A DNA stretch of 64,000 bases from Octopus sinensis. Taxonomy: Eukaryota. This document shows, in pieces, positions 37,458 to 49,995 of the stretch. Below the pieces are notes generated by a model. The model was not told the DNA's origin. It searched no databases and worked only from the letters and a program-made list of their open reading frames with translations. A program made the position numbers and the translations under genes. Numbering within the stretch: position 1 is the first letter of the stretch; each line of letters starts with the position of its first letter. The stretch is from NCBI RefSeq assembly GCF_006345805.1, contig NC_042999.1, forward strand, positions 27,714,001 to 27,778,000, in the 5' to 3' direction.

Positions 37458-37524
37458 GGCGCAGCCTTCGCCGGCGCAGCCCTTCGCCGGCGCAGCCCTT
37501 CGCCGGCGCAGCCCTTCGCCGGCG
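37458..37524. repeat. GC-rich 16-bp minisatellite (GGCGCAGCCCTTCGCC, about 4 units)
   Basis: Units at 37458 (15 bp), 37473, 37489 and 37505. Confidence 0.95.
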
Positions 37525-37726
37525 ATAAAATATGCCAACTTTTAAAAACCGAGAATTATCCAAGTATTGTAAGTTATATATATATAATATATATATATAT
37601 ATAATATATATATATAATATAATATAAACATATACATATATATATATTGTAAATATATATTTATGTTATTATATATATATATATATAAAGTTAATCCAAA
37701 CATGAAAACACAACGCGAGGACGTGG

Positions 37727-37824
<98 letters not shown>

Positions 37825-38339
37825 TATATTATATATATATTATATGTATGTATGCATGTATGTATATACATACACAACACATGCATACATATACGTCAGC
37901 ATAAATGCATTTACAATTCAATTACCTAGCTATTAATTTAACTAGCAACAAACCTACCTGGCTAGTCGCTTACTGACTAATTACTCAGTTACAATTTCTT
38001 TATAGTTTATATAATTACCGGTACAATTACATACTTGGCTATTTAGCCAACTAACCACCTTCCTTAGATGATAATTTAAAAGTAACTGATTTACTTTCTG
38101 AACAGTTTAGCTGCAATTTATTTCACCTACCTTACACACGCCTTGCCCTTATCACATGACCTACCGCAATCAAGGAGCTTGTATGTGGTCATTCGCGCTG
38201 CTAAATATATCAACAAATCTCACTCAAATCACACTCGATCCTTATAAACAGACGACGCATTGGCTTGTATTGTCCTACATATAGAAACGACACAATATAG
38301 CTCTTGATATACAAATAAACTGAAAGGTCATGGCTGGAA

Positions 38340-38930
38340 CGTAGACTTTGATCCTGATAGACATGTGTGATGTACAGTTCTGCCGCACCCGCTTCTGCAG
38401 GTATCCAAAGGATGTTTTGGCTTTGTCAATGCGGTCGTCGACGTTATTTTCACGGGTTACATCACTGGAAATGACGTTTCTCCAAGTAGGTGCAGTGTTG
38501 TATTGCTGGAAATCGGTATTCTTCGATGCCTACTTGAGGTATATTGCGGTTTCTGGAACTGTGTCAGTTTCCTTCAGACTGATGGTGAGACCAAAGGCTA
38601 CCTTATCAAAGCCAGACATAATTGTCTGGAGAGCCGACGCTTGTGAGCATTAAAAGATGCAGTCATCACAACTTACTTCATTCGTAGCGACATACATGGT
38701 TCTAGATGTGTACAGTTTTTGTTTAGAGGAGGGGTATGGTATGATTTTCTTGATATATTTATCGATTGAGTTTTTAGGGTTAGGGTTAGGATTAGGAGAC
38801 AAGACTGTCACAGTTTCTCTTCGTGGAAGCAGCGCAACCTCAACGTGTGATGTCTAGGCTGCAGGTAGATGATGTGTCAGTGCAGAAGATTTGGAACAAA
38901 TGCAAGAAGGTATGATCTTCATAGGAGTAG
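38340..38930 (-). pseudogene. RTE-clade LINE RT fragment
   Basis: FGLTISLKET and DDRIDKAKTSFGYLQKRV resemble RTE motifs FGLTISLKKT and RI.KA...FG.L..RVW. Confidence 0.65.
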
Positions 38931-39109
38931 ATATTATTGAATACAATGGTGGAAAGCTTGGTAAAGTATATGAGAAAAAGTGTAAGGGACAAAGCCATAC
39001 ATTAAAGCGCACTACTTTTGAGACCTAAATTTTGGCAAAATTGTATAAGGTTTGCAAATTAAGCATTACTTCACTTATTATGGCGAGCACAATAACTTTT
39101 ATTAATCAA

Positions 39110-39445
39110 GTTAGTAAGTTAATTTTTTTGGCTCAAAAAGCAAAAAGCAAGGCCATGTAGGGGGACATGGAGTTATGTGCAGGGTGGTGTTCATGTAAAG
39201 AGTTCAGGCCACTTGAGGTCAAGGGAGATTTTGAACAAAGCGGTCGTCGGCATCTTCACCATCTCGTCTGGCAGCTTGTTCCACGGATCCGCAACCCGGA
39301 CGGAGAAAGCCCCTCTCCTTCGATTGAGATGAAATCGTCGCAGATAGAGCTTTTCGGAATGACCCCGAAAGTTGATTTCTATATAGATATGAGATAAATA
39401 CTGTTGAACATTAAATGAACCGAAGACCAAGGACGAGAACATTTA
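39110..39445 (-). mobile_element. CR1/L2-type LINE 3' end
   Basis: RGHSEKL...RRGAFSVRVADPWNKLPDEMVKMPTTALFKISLD. Confidence 0.85.
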
Positions 39446-39858
39446 TTCAATCCAGAAATATTACGAATGTTATATTTGAACTGTGATCCGTCACATGGCA
39501 ATCAAATGATATCCATTTAATCATCTTCCCTTCCCTACTCCTGATTTTTAAATTAAATTAAGAATTATTAATTAAGACGAAAATAATTTAATATAAAAAT
39601 TAAATAACTTAGAATTTAATTCCTGGATGTAAGAGCCGATTATGTAATTCACACACCAGCAGAAGTAATTTTATTGTTAATGATTTTCTTTTCGTTCTTA
39701 GTGTTGCTGCTTGCACTGTAGAACGGCAGTAAGCTTTTGAAGTCATTAATCCACGACTCAGTCTCGAATCCTAGTCGGAGCCATATTAATTCATTAAAAA
39801 AGAAAGAAATGGACTTTTCAGAAACAATCAGGGATCATTTAAGTGCCATAAATTAGCA

Positions 39859-40008
39859 TTCTGTTTCCACCAAAGACCTGTATTTCAAAGGGCTAGCCTT
39901 GTCACACTCTGTGTCACGCTGAATCTACTCGATAACTACGTTAAGGGTACATGCGTCTGTGGAGTGCTCAGCCCCTTGCACGTTAATTTCACGAGCAGGC
40001 TGTTCAGT

Positions 40009-40012
<4 letters not shown>
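39859..40012 (+). mobile_element. SINE family C, internal fragment
   Basis: ACGTTAAGGGTACATGCGTCTGTGGAGTGCTCAGCC. Confidence 0.85.
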
Positions 40013-40073
<61 letters not shown>

Positions 40074-40078
40074 TTACG

Positions 40079-40422
40079 TGGCTCTCCGTCGGTTACGACG
40101 ACGAGGTTTCCAGTTGATGCGATCAACTGAACAGCATGCTCGTGAAATTAATGTGCAAGTGGCTGAGCACTCCACAGACACATGTACCCTTAACGTAGTT
40201 CTCGGGGAGATTCAGCGTGACACAGAGAAATATAGGTACAACAGAAACAGGAAGAAGTTATGGTGAAAGAATACAACAGGTTTCGCCACCACTCCCTGCC
40301 GGAGCCTCGTGGAGCTTTAGGTGTTTTCGTTCAATTAACACTCACAACGCCCGGTCTGGGAATCGAAACCGTGATGGTATGACTGCGAGTCCACTGCCCT
40401 AACCACTGGGCCATTGTGCCTC
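40079..40422 (-). mobile_element. SINE family C, near full length
   Basis: Matches 7195-7563. Confidence 0.9.
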
Positions 40423-40519
40423 ACACACACACACACATGTATGTATGTGTATGTATGTATGTATGTGTATGTATGTAGTGAGTATATATATATGTATATA
40501 TATAATAATAAATAATATA

Positions 40520-40581
<62 letters not shown>

Positions 40582-40610
40582 GTATTATATATATATATAT
40601 ATATATGCAT

Positions 40611-41176
40611 ATATGGGTATAGGACGTCACCATAGGGGCAAACAGCGTGATATACGTAAACTAACGAGGCAAAAATGAGTGAAATACGTAAACAAGAAAA
40701 AAAAAATGGAAGACAGGACAAGAAAACACAGAGAAAGGCCCCCTCATCAGTTGTTGGCTGTCTATCTACCCCCTCATTTCGAGCATTCAACGACAATATG
40801 AGTTTCAATAACAGTTGCTCCCATAAATTCTAAAATAAAATATAGGGTTTGTGGAGGGCCCAAGTTAGTAACAAAAAAAAACAAAACAAAAAAAAATGAC
40901 AGACAAGGAAACCGAACGAAAACAAACATGGAGGGTCGTAGACCAGGACAAAAGGAAAACAGTGAACGCTAGGAGAAACATTTTTTTGAAAAGAGAGAAA
41001 ATATAGAAGACTTTAAAGATTCTTATTGTCGCTGAATGCTCGAAATGAGGGGCTAGATAGATACCCTACAACTGATGAAGAGTCCTTTCTCTGTGTTTAC
41101 TTGACCTGTTATCCATTTTTCGTGTTGTTTAAGTATTTCATGTTATTTACACTCTGGTGACGTCCAGTACCCATAT
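40611..41176. mobile_element. Inverted pair of related repeat ends (fold-back or long-TIR structure) in (TA)n
   Basis: 40611-40797 aligns to the reverse complement of 41025-41176. Confidence 0.7.
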
Positions 41177-41183
41177 ATACACG

Positions 41184-41268
<85 letters not shown>

Positions 41269-41269
41269 G

Positions 41270-41369
<100 letters not shown>

Positions 41370-41448
41370 ACTGTCTATCCCTCTATCTATACATTATATA
41401 TTATTTATTATTTGATTGAACGCGACGCATCCATTTCCAAGTATATAT

Positions 41449-41566
<118 letters not shown>

Positions 41567-41625
41567 CATTTATATAACTATATATACATATAAATATGTA
41601 TGTATGAATGTACGTATATATATAT

Positions 41626-41667
<42 letters not shown>

Positions 41668-42052
41668 GTGTGCTGTGCGCGCGCGCATGTACGTGCGTAT
41701 AGTTTACATCATTAATAATTTTCGCTGGTAACAAATCGCGGGTAGAACCTGATCTCCCACTTAAAAGTTCTCGGTCGTATTTCAAGGCGTACTCAAAACA
41801 ATTTAGTCTTCTTAGAATTTTACATCCATGACTCCAAGGGCGTCACGCTTGATGTAAAACCATTCTGATTATGTGACTGTTCCTAATTTAGTTAAAATGC
41901 ATTGCCCAATTTTATTTCACGCCTGCTATGCCTTTTTTCAGTATACATACGGAACTCAAAGCGTAATGGATATTACATCCTTTTATTTAGTTCTAATTTC
42001 CCATAATTCTAGAATTTCAAATCTAATTTTGAATATATGTACGTCAGTGTAC

Positions 42053-42129
<77 letters not shown>

Positions 42130-42601
42130 ATGCATCTAATATTAATAATTAACATTTTGCAAATTCTAATTTCCCTATACTCTTGTTCGTGGGTGTCATT
42201 CGCAGCTAAAGCCAAGAATTCAGTCTGACTGCTACTAATTTTTTTACCATTTTCTTTGTGTATTCAGTTTTTGATTTTAGAACACACACACGCACGCGCG
42301 CGCAAATAAGCGCGCGTGCGCTAACTCGGATGCAAACTGAGGTAAGCTGAGCTAGATATTCCGCGATATTCCGCATTCACTGCGTGATGTAATATTCCAA
42401 GCGCATTCTTCCTGTTTGTTTGATTCCCATGAACGTAAATTTGAGGCATCGATTTCCTGTTGACTATATATCCATGAGGATATATTGACTATATATCCAT
42501 GAGGATAGTCTATATATGTGTGTGGAGTGTGCATATATATATACATACACATAATATATATGTGTGTGTATATGTAATGTTTACATATATATATGTGTGT
42601 G

Positions 42602-42656
<55 letters not shown>

Positions 42657-42658
42657 TA

Positions 42659-42707
<49 letters not shown>

Positions 42708-42744
42708 TTGTGTGTGTATAGCGAGTTTGGAAGAGATAGAGATA

Positions 42745-42843
42745 GAGATAAAGAGCATTCCGACCACATGGTTTCAGATTCAGTTTTTCCTACTCTCGCC
42801 TTGGGGATGACCAAAGGTTTGTGAGTGGATCTGGTAGACGAAA

Positions 42844-42928
<85 letters not shown>

Positions 42929-43130
42929 CAGTGTTTGCCCAACCACTATCGCTTGACAACCGACGTTGGGGTGTTTACGTCCCCGTAACTTAGCGTTTCG
43001 ACCGATCGAATATGTACTAGGCTTGCAAAAGAATAAGTCCTGGGGTCAATTTGTTCGACTAAAGGCGGTGCTTCAGCATGGCCGCAGCCAAATGACTGAA
43101 AGAAATAATAGATTAATAGAATAAAAGAAT
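42745..43130 (+). mobile_element. SINE family B, 5'-degenerate
   Basis: GACCACATGGTTTCAGATTCAG; internal (TA)n(TG)n; 3' half present. Confidence 0.85.
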
Positions 43131-43194
43131 ATATATATATACACACACTCACACACAAACACGTACATATGTATATGTATATATACGTAACATA

Positions 43195-43266
43195 TCCTCA
43201 GTAGTATAGTGGTAAGTATCCCCGCCTGTCACGCGGGAGACCGGGGTTCGATTTCCCGCCGGGGAG
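43195..43266 (+). tRNA. tRNA-Asp(GTC): tRNA-Asp(GTC), possibly a pseudogene
   Basis: 72-nt cloverleaf; anticodon arm CCCGC-CTGTCAC-GCGGG; A6.C67 acceptor mismatch; C61T in the B-box; no encoded CCA. Confidence 0.85.
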
Positions 43267-43278
43267 GTAATAAATATA

Positions 43279-43283
43279 TTTTT
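43279..43283 (+). terminator. Pol III T5 terminator
   Basis: TTTTT 12 nt after the tRNA. Confidence 0.6.
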
Positions 43284-43670
43284 AATGGCGGTGCCCCAGC
43301 ATGGCCACAGTTCGTGAGCTGAAACTAGATAAAACAAGCATAAAACAAACATATATCTTGTTAGATTCTTATCCAAAATTTGAAACGCAGGCTAGGTTTT
43401 TCTCATAGAAGAGACGGAAAATCCTTTGTTTAGCCTGACCAAATTTAGTTAGGAAAATGTAAATACAGAACCCAATATCGATTTTGTTTCTTTTTGTTTG
43501 GCTCTTCACCCATGTAGCACTTCACATAAGGCCCGCCATCTTTCGACTACACAACATTCACCCTCTCCTCTTGTCCAAATTCTTTTACTCTTTCTCTCTC
43601 CTTTCATCTGTTCTAGCAGCGTCCCACAGGTGAAGGTAACTACCAACAGTAAGGATAATAGAACGGCAAA

Positions 43671-44089
43671 TAATCTTTTCGGTTTGAACGGCTGTTTTTA
43701 ACATAATTTCTAGGTAACTAAAAGATTTTAAACTTCGTATACTGGTAGAATGTGTTTATTAAACATCTTTTTCTCTTGGCTTTATTGAGAAAATTCTATA
43801 GTTTGTAAGATATTTGTTGTTTTTTCTTCAATTTCTGCTATTTCAACCAATCACTGACGTCTATTGAGGTAAAAAAAAACATTCTGTGCCATATGAATAT
43901 GTCCCTCGTTTAAGAAACAGATTGGGTTTATTTACATTTGTGAAGAAAAAAAGATACCCTTCCCACCACCCCTAACCTTAACCCTAAAATAGATTGAAAT
44001 GCAATAGATCGATACTAGGGTCATAATTATGGGTGACAATTTCATATGACACCGCTAGAAAAAATCTGCCGTTCAAACCGAAAAGATCC
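43671..44089. mobile_element. GGATC-TIR telomere-repeat MITE, copy 2
   Basis: Same body as 13146; left terminus altered to TAATC; no TSD seen. Confidence 0.9.
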
Positions 44090-44637
44090 CAAACTTTTAA
44101 GCTGCATAGTGTTGTTAAATACTAATATATGTACTCCTACAAAATATGTTGAGTGCCTCTTTCTTTCGTTTGTGCACTCACGTATATATTTATGTGTGTG
44201 TGTGTGTAAGTGTGTGAGTGTGTATGTGTGTGCATGTTGGGAAGTGAGGCACGTGCAGCCTGAATACCGTATCAGACACTCCACTCCTATATGCAGTGCG
44301 GTACGATGCCGAGCATCAAATCATAGGATAGGCTTGTATGCAGAATACGTCCCACGTAAAAGTGTTAATGAAATACAGAAAACATATATGGTATTATATT
44401 CTTTATAAGCATATACGCGTTTCCGAAAATTAACTACCAGTATCACATCACTGCTTTTTGAAACATTATATAATCTTATTATTTCACCCCGGTATTTAAA
44501 GATTATATTATGTTTCAGCAAGCTATAATATAATTCTGGCAGGTAATTTTACGAAACGCGTGTATCTTCTACAATGCATGAAATACCATGTTTTCTATAT
44601 TCTATAAATAAAATACATATGTATGTATGTATGTATA

Positions 44638-44868
44638 GGCGGCGAGCTGGCAGAAACGTTAACACGCCGGGCGAAATGCGTAGCCGTATTTCGTCTGCCG
44701 TTATGCTCTGAGTTTAAATTCCGCCGAGGTCGACTTTGCCTTTCATCCTTTCGGGGTCGATTAAATAAGTACCAGTTATGCACTGGGGTCGATGTAATCG
44801 ACTTAATCCGTTTGTCTATCCTTGTTTGTCCCCTCTGTGTTTAGCCCCTTGTGGGTAGTAAAGAAATA
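44638..44868 (+). mobile_element. SINE family A, full length
   Basis: GGCGGCGAGCTGGCAG ... AAAGAAATA. Confidence 0.95.
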
Positions 44869-45036
44869 TGTATGTATGTATGTATGTATTTATATATGTA
44901 TGTATGTATGTATGTATTTATGTATGTATGTATGTATGTATGTATGTATGTATGTATGTATGTATGTATGTATGTAGGTGTGTGTGTATGTATGTATGTA
45001 TGTATGTATGTATGTGTATGTAAATATGTATGTACG

Positions 45037-45760
45037 TACGAAGGTCGGTTAAAAAGTTCATTGGCTGATAAAGACACATTCATGGAATATGACAAAGATA
45101 CAACACGTCTTCTATAGCTGTTGCAATGTTTGGATCCTATTGGAGAAGAAGCTAACAACAGATATGATACTAGTTTCCAACCAAATGTTTTTTTTTTTTT
45201 TTTGAGGAACAGATGGTAGTCAAATGGGACCTTTCGTAACCGCCTAAACAATTTGGCATAGTACTCTCTAATGATGGTGTGAACTTTTTCAAGATAGTCA
45301 ATAAACACTATGCATTTGCATCCCCCAGAAACTGAGGCCATCACCTTCTCTGCAGACGAAACGATCTTGGCCTTCCTTGGGGCAGGTGAGGAGGGGTGTT
45401 TCCAATGCATGGATTGTCTGTTTGTCTGCGACTCAAAGTGATGAATTCAACCCTCATTCTGGGTTAGGAAACGAAACGTTCAAGGAAACCAGCTGGATCT
45501 GCCTCTAACAATGTCAGATTTTCCCATGATCTCATCAGCCTGGTGCACTTTTGCTCCAGTGTTAGATGTGACACCCACTGAGCAGAAACCTTCGTCATGC
45601 CAAGTTCATTGTGCAGAATATTCCCAACTCTCTCACAAGATATGCTAATAGCATTGGCTATTTTATCTATCGTCAATCATCTGTCATCCATCACCATGTG
45701 GTGAACATAATCAATGTTTTTCTTGGTGGTTGCAGTTGTAGGACGTTCTGAGCTTGGGTA
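45037..45760 (-). mobile_element. Mariner (DD34D-type) transposon remnant with one TIR
   Basis: TA followed by CGAAGGTCGGTTAAAAAGTTC; LGMTKVSAQWVSH, WKHPSSPAPRKAK and SAEKVMASV. Confidence 0.85.
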
Positions 45761-45904
45761 TGTGCTCTAAGACACAAAAGAACGAAAGCTGTACCATGGA
45801 TCAAATTCGATCTTAGGTAGAAAGAATGAGCGCGTATTACTCAATTCCAAACAGACATATGAGGCCTTTCAGCAGTACATTACTCTACTGTCCGGGACAA
45901 GTTA

Positions 45905-47080
45905 TAGATCGGAATTTAGGGTGGAATTCAATGCCTACCTTCACTGCATGTTGCGACTCACGGCAAGGGAGGCAAAGTGTTCCGAAAAGCCGGTAATAAC
46001 CCTGGAAATACTGGAAGCGATGGTTGGCTACACGGCGGATAAATCACATTATTTGGATGATCTTTTCTATAAACTATTCCTTCATATACCAGACTTGTTT
46101 GGCGACGCATTGCCAAATGTCTAGCGCAACTGGCAACAGAGCAGAAGAATCTCAAGTCCTGTAAGTCGAGGAGTGGTGGTGCAGGTAAAAAAAAACAGTC
46201 AAAGGGGATCATATTGATAATTTTCGAGCTATAAATCTACTAAGCGCAAATTTTAAGGTTTAGACCAAGGTGTTGTAGTCTGGTAATGCGCAAACAAGTG
46301 CCACCCCGGACAGGACTATCCACAACCTACACCACATAAATAACATCATAGGGAAAGTAGGAAAGGAACATGGCATAAGTGTAGCCCTGATTAGCTTAGA
46401 TCAGTCGAAAGTTTTGACAGAGTTGATCAACAACGCTTAGCTGTTGTTCATACAACAGTCGAACTGGATCCCCGCAAAGTACTGCGATAGTTATTTAGCG
46501 ATTGGGGCGAAAGGTCACCAAGTGGAACCGTTCCGCATCATGTGCTCTGTCTATCAACGCTGACCACTCTTGTCTGTATTATATGTACAACCACTTGTAC
46601 CATTTCTGCTAGAGTCATTGAGAGATATTCCGCGCGAATACAGTTATCATGTTTAAGGCGGCGAGGTGGCAGAAACGTTAGCACGCCGGGCGAAATGCGT
46701 AGCCGTATTTCATCTGCCGTTACGTTCTGAGTTCAAATTCCGCCGAGGTCGACTTTGCCTTCCATCCTTTTGGGGGTCGATAAATTAAGTACCAGTTTCA
46801 CACTGGGGTCGATATAATCGACTTAATCCGTTTGTCTGTCCTTGTTTGTCCTCTCTGTGTTTAGCCCCTTGTGGGTAGTAAAGAAATAGATATTCCGCGC
46901 GATCAATATCAGTATATGCTGGCAGCATCACCGTCATAGCGTCGGACACAAAGTACAATGAGGCAATCGCCACTGCTTTGTGGGGGAAAACGAGGCGGTG
47001 TCAGAACCCAAGATCAAGCAAAAAAAGTCATTGGGCCTACGTCTCGGCACCTAAAGAGGCAAATCCATGTCGTCCAATTG
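45905..47080 (+). pseudogene. Tx1/L1-clade LINE RT fragment interrupted by a SINE
   Basis: DNFRAINLLSANFK, ALISLDQSK.FDRVD, SVYAGSITV and KSLGLRLG. Confidence 0.75.
46657..46887 (+). mobile_element. SINE family A, full length
   Basis: 15-bp repeat AGATATTCCGCGCGA at 46623-46637 and 46888-46902. Confidence 0.95.
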
Positions 47081-47740
47081 CGTCATATGACAATGAAGTT
47101 GTAAGTATGATAGCACAATCATTACACACACTAGCATACAGACACACGCACGTATACACATGCTCACACACACACGTACTAAAAATATATATACCTACAT
47201 ACATACTTACGCTCACACGCACATGTATAAAATATCTGTACATATATGTTTGTGTATGTTTGTACCTATGTCCTTGATCTTTCTTTTTCTGAACATTCTT
47301 TCGTCTCTTAGAATTTTTTCCATTTTTTTTTTCTTCAACAATTGCTATATATATGTCCATCATTCCTTGTCCCTCTACACAACTTCCGGTTACGAAAGCA
47401 ATTAATCACGTTACATCCGTCAGCTTAACACGCCAACTCCCATTAATTTCCATTAATTTCGGCTATTTCCTATACCGTTCCGACCTAGCCTTTCAATAAT
47501 TATAGTACATATTACTCTCTTCACTTTATTTCATGTCACCAGCTTTTCCTTTTTCTTCTCTTTTTCATTCTCCATCTCTTTTCTATGTTCTCTTCACTTT
47601 CACATTGTGTGTATATATGAGTGTGTATATAAATACACTCATACACACACATATATATTATACACACATATATACTTATACATATATTTATATATTAATA
47701 TGTGTGTATGTATGTATGTATGTTATAACTATATGTCTAT

Positions 47741-47865
<125 letters not shown>

Positions 47866-48126
47866 AAGACATAAGTATACATACACACACAGACACACAC
47901 ACATATATACATACTATATATATATATATATATATATATGTTGTATGTGTACATATACAAATACACACATAGTTATGACGTATATATAACTGTTATAGCT
48001 ATTTAAAATTACGTGTGTATGTGTATGTAGAATGTTGAAAAGTGACACATGAATTGATATGTATAAAAAAATAAGACAGTAGAAAATGCTAAAATAATTT
48101 TATCATGAAATACATTTTGTAATGGT

Positions 48127-48162
48127 CAGTACCGGTTTCTGGCTTTTCGACTTTTTCAACTA
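48127..48162 (-). ncRNA. Degenerate hammerhead-like motif with a U3/A8 core
   Basis: Minus strand: TAG-TTGAAAA-A-GTCGAAAAGCCA-GAAA-CCGG-TA-CTG; stem II is poor. Confidence 0.4.
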
Positions 48163-48248
48163 AGAATAAAACAAAAGTGGATATTAATTAAGAAGAAAAG
48201 CAATTAAATTGAAGAAAGAATTAAATGAAATTTCATTGTATCTTGAAA

Positions 48249-48459
48249 GAGGTAATTCTCTTTTAGTGTTTTATTAATTTAAGACAATTACCGGTCTGGT
48301 TTCTACTCATCTATTTAATTATTTTTGCTAAAATTTTCATTGCGTCTTGCAACCTTTCCAAGACGCAACGAAAATTTTAGTAAAAATAAATAAGTAAACC
48401 AGTAGAAACCAGACCGGTAATTGTCTTAAATTAATAAGGCGCTAAAAGAGAATGACTCT
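48249..48459. repeat. Long imperfect palindrome of about 210 bp
   Basis: 37-bp perfect arms at 48271-48307 and 48401-48437; central 9-nt loop at 48350-48358. Confidence 0.95.
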
Positions 48460-48949
48460 CCCCAGACACAACAAAATATGCTTTAACACAGGAATTCACA
48501 GAAAATCTTGGAAACCAAATACAAAAATGGAATTAAATGAAATGTTTTGTAAATATTTCCTTAGTCTTCAAATAAGTAGGACATTTTCCGTTTTTTCTGT
48601 CTGTCTCTCTCTTTTCCTTTGGGAATGTTCGTTAGGCAGATAGTGGCAGATCTGAAAAGCTGTGTTTATGGGTGCAAAGATATATTTGGTTCTGAAGTTT
48701 GATGGTTTAAGCAGCAGCGGCCGAAGAAGAAGGCAAAGGAGATGGAGGGGGAATATAATAAATTAAAAAGATAAAGAAGAAGAAGGAAAAGAAGAGGAAG
48801 AAGAAGAAATGGGAATGGTTTTATCCAGTAGTAGAGGCTGTCCGCGGAATCTACTTTAATGGTCAAGTGGCCTCACAGTGACCCTGTGTGGTTGTAGTAG
48901 CAGTAGTAGTAGGAACAGTTCTAAATAAATTAGTGGGTAGCAACTGTCC

Positions 48950-49345
48950 TAAATATATCTATCGTTTTTAATATTTCCGCGGGTATTATTCCAAGATCCC
49001 TGTAGTAGTGTCATGTGCGGTGGAACCATTGAAAAGAGGTTTATATTTGCGATAAAATATGTTTCTTTGCTAATGCATTGATTATAGGTTGCATTGTCCC
49101 TAAATCCATAGATCGGGGAAAAATTTAAAGTTGGGTTGTTCATTAGTGGCGCAAATGTAGATGTTCATTTAATACTACTTTTCTGTATTCACGTACTTTA
49201 ATCTGCGATCTATGTACGGTCATCCTCTGGCGTAGACTGTTTTTAGTTTGACCAATATATTGCTCTCGACACCCTGAGCAAGTTAACTCATATATCAGGT
49301 TTTCCGAAGCACATGTGAAGTTGTCTTTCACTATAAAACGCTGAC
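48950..49345 (-). pseudogene. Penelope-like GIY-YIG endonuclease remnant
   Basis: FTCASENLIYELTCSGCREQYIGQTKNSLRQRMTVHRSQI. Confidence 0.85.
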
Positions 49346-49432
49346 CCTATTTGAAGGAGAACTCCGATCCCTCAATTAGGTTGATTCATATACCACATAT
49401 ACACATATTTATATATATGTATGTAAATATAT

Positions 49433-49488
<56 letters not shown>

Positions 49489-49789
49489 AAATACATATAT
49501 ATATTTATACATATAATATATATACATATACATATGCACAGATATATTATATATATACAAACACATATACATATTTATTCATAAATACTTATACGTACCC
49601 GCCGACATGCATACAGGCATATATACTTAGATACATACACTCATAACATACCAAATGCGAGGTAAAATATATTTGATATCTTTTGCTCAATTCTTCATTA
49701 TTCCAATGCTTAGGAGGTGTAATGAAATTTCCTCAGTCGTTCTTTCATCCTTATTCCAGCAAGTGCACAGAAGTGTATTATTTATTGAA

Positions 49790-49995
49790 GGGTTTAAAGC
49801 AGTGAGCTGGCAGAATCGCAAGCAGCATTTTGTCCGTCTTTACGTTCTGAGTTGAAATTTTGCCGATGTTCGCTTTGCCTTAAATCCTTTCGGGGTCGAA
49901 AATATACATGCCAGTTGAGCACTGGTGTCAATGTAACTGACAAGCTCCCTTACCCAAAATTTAAGGCCTTGTGCCTATAGTAGAAAGGATTATTT
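49790..49995 (+). mobile_element. SINE family A, older copy
   Basis: GTGAGCTGGCAGAATCG...CCTTTCGGGGTCGA. Confidence 0.8.

Noticed and set aside
40736-41090. CTGATGA motifs in the inverted arms as hammerheads
   Set aside because: There is no downstream GAAA, and stems I and III cannot form in a type II arrangement.
42290-42510. 10-bp GC hairpin and short direct repeats (GATATTCCGC, TTGACTATATATCCATGAGGATA)
   Set aside because: Explained by (CA)/(CG) slippage and small local duplications.
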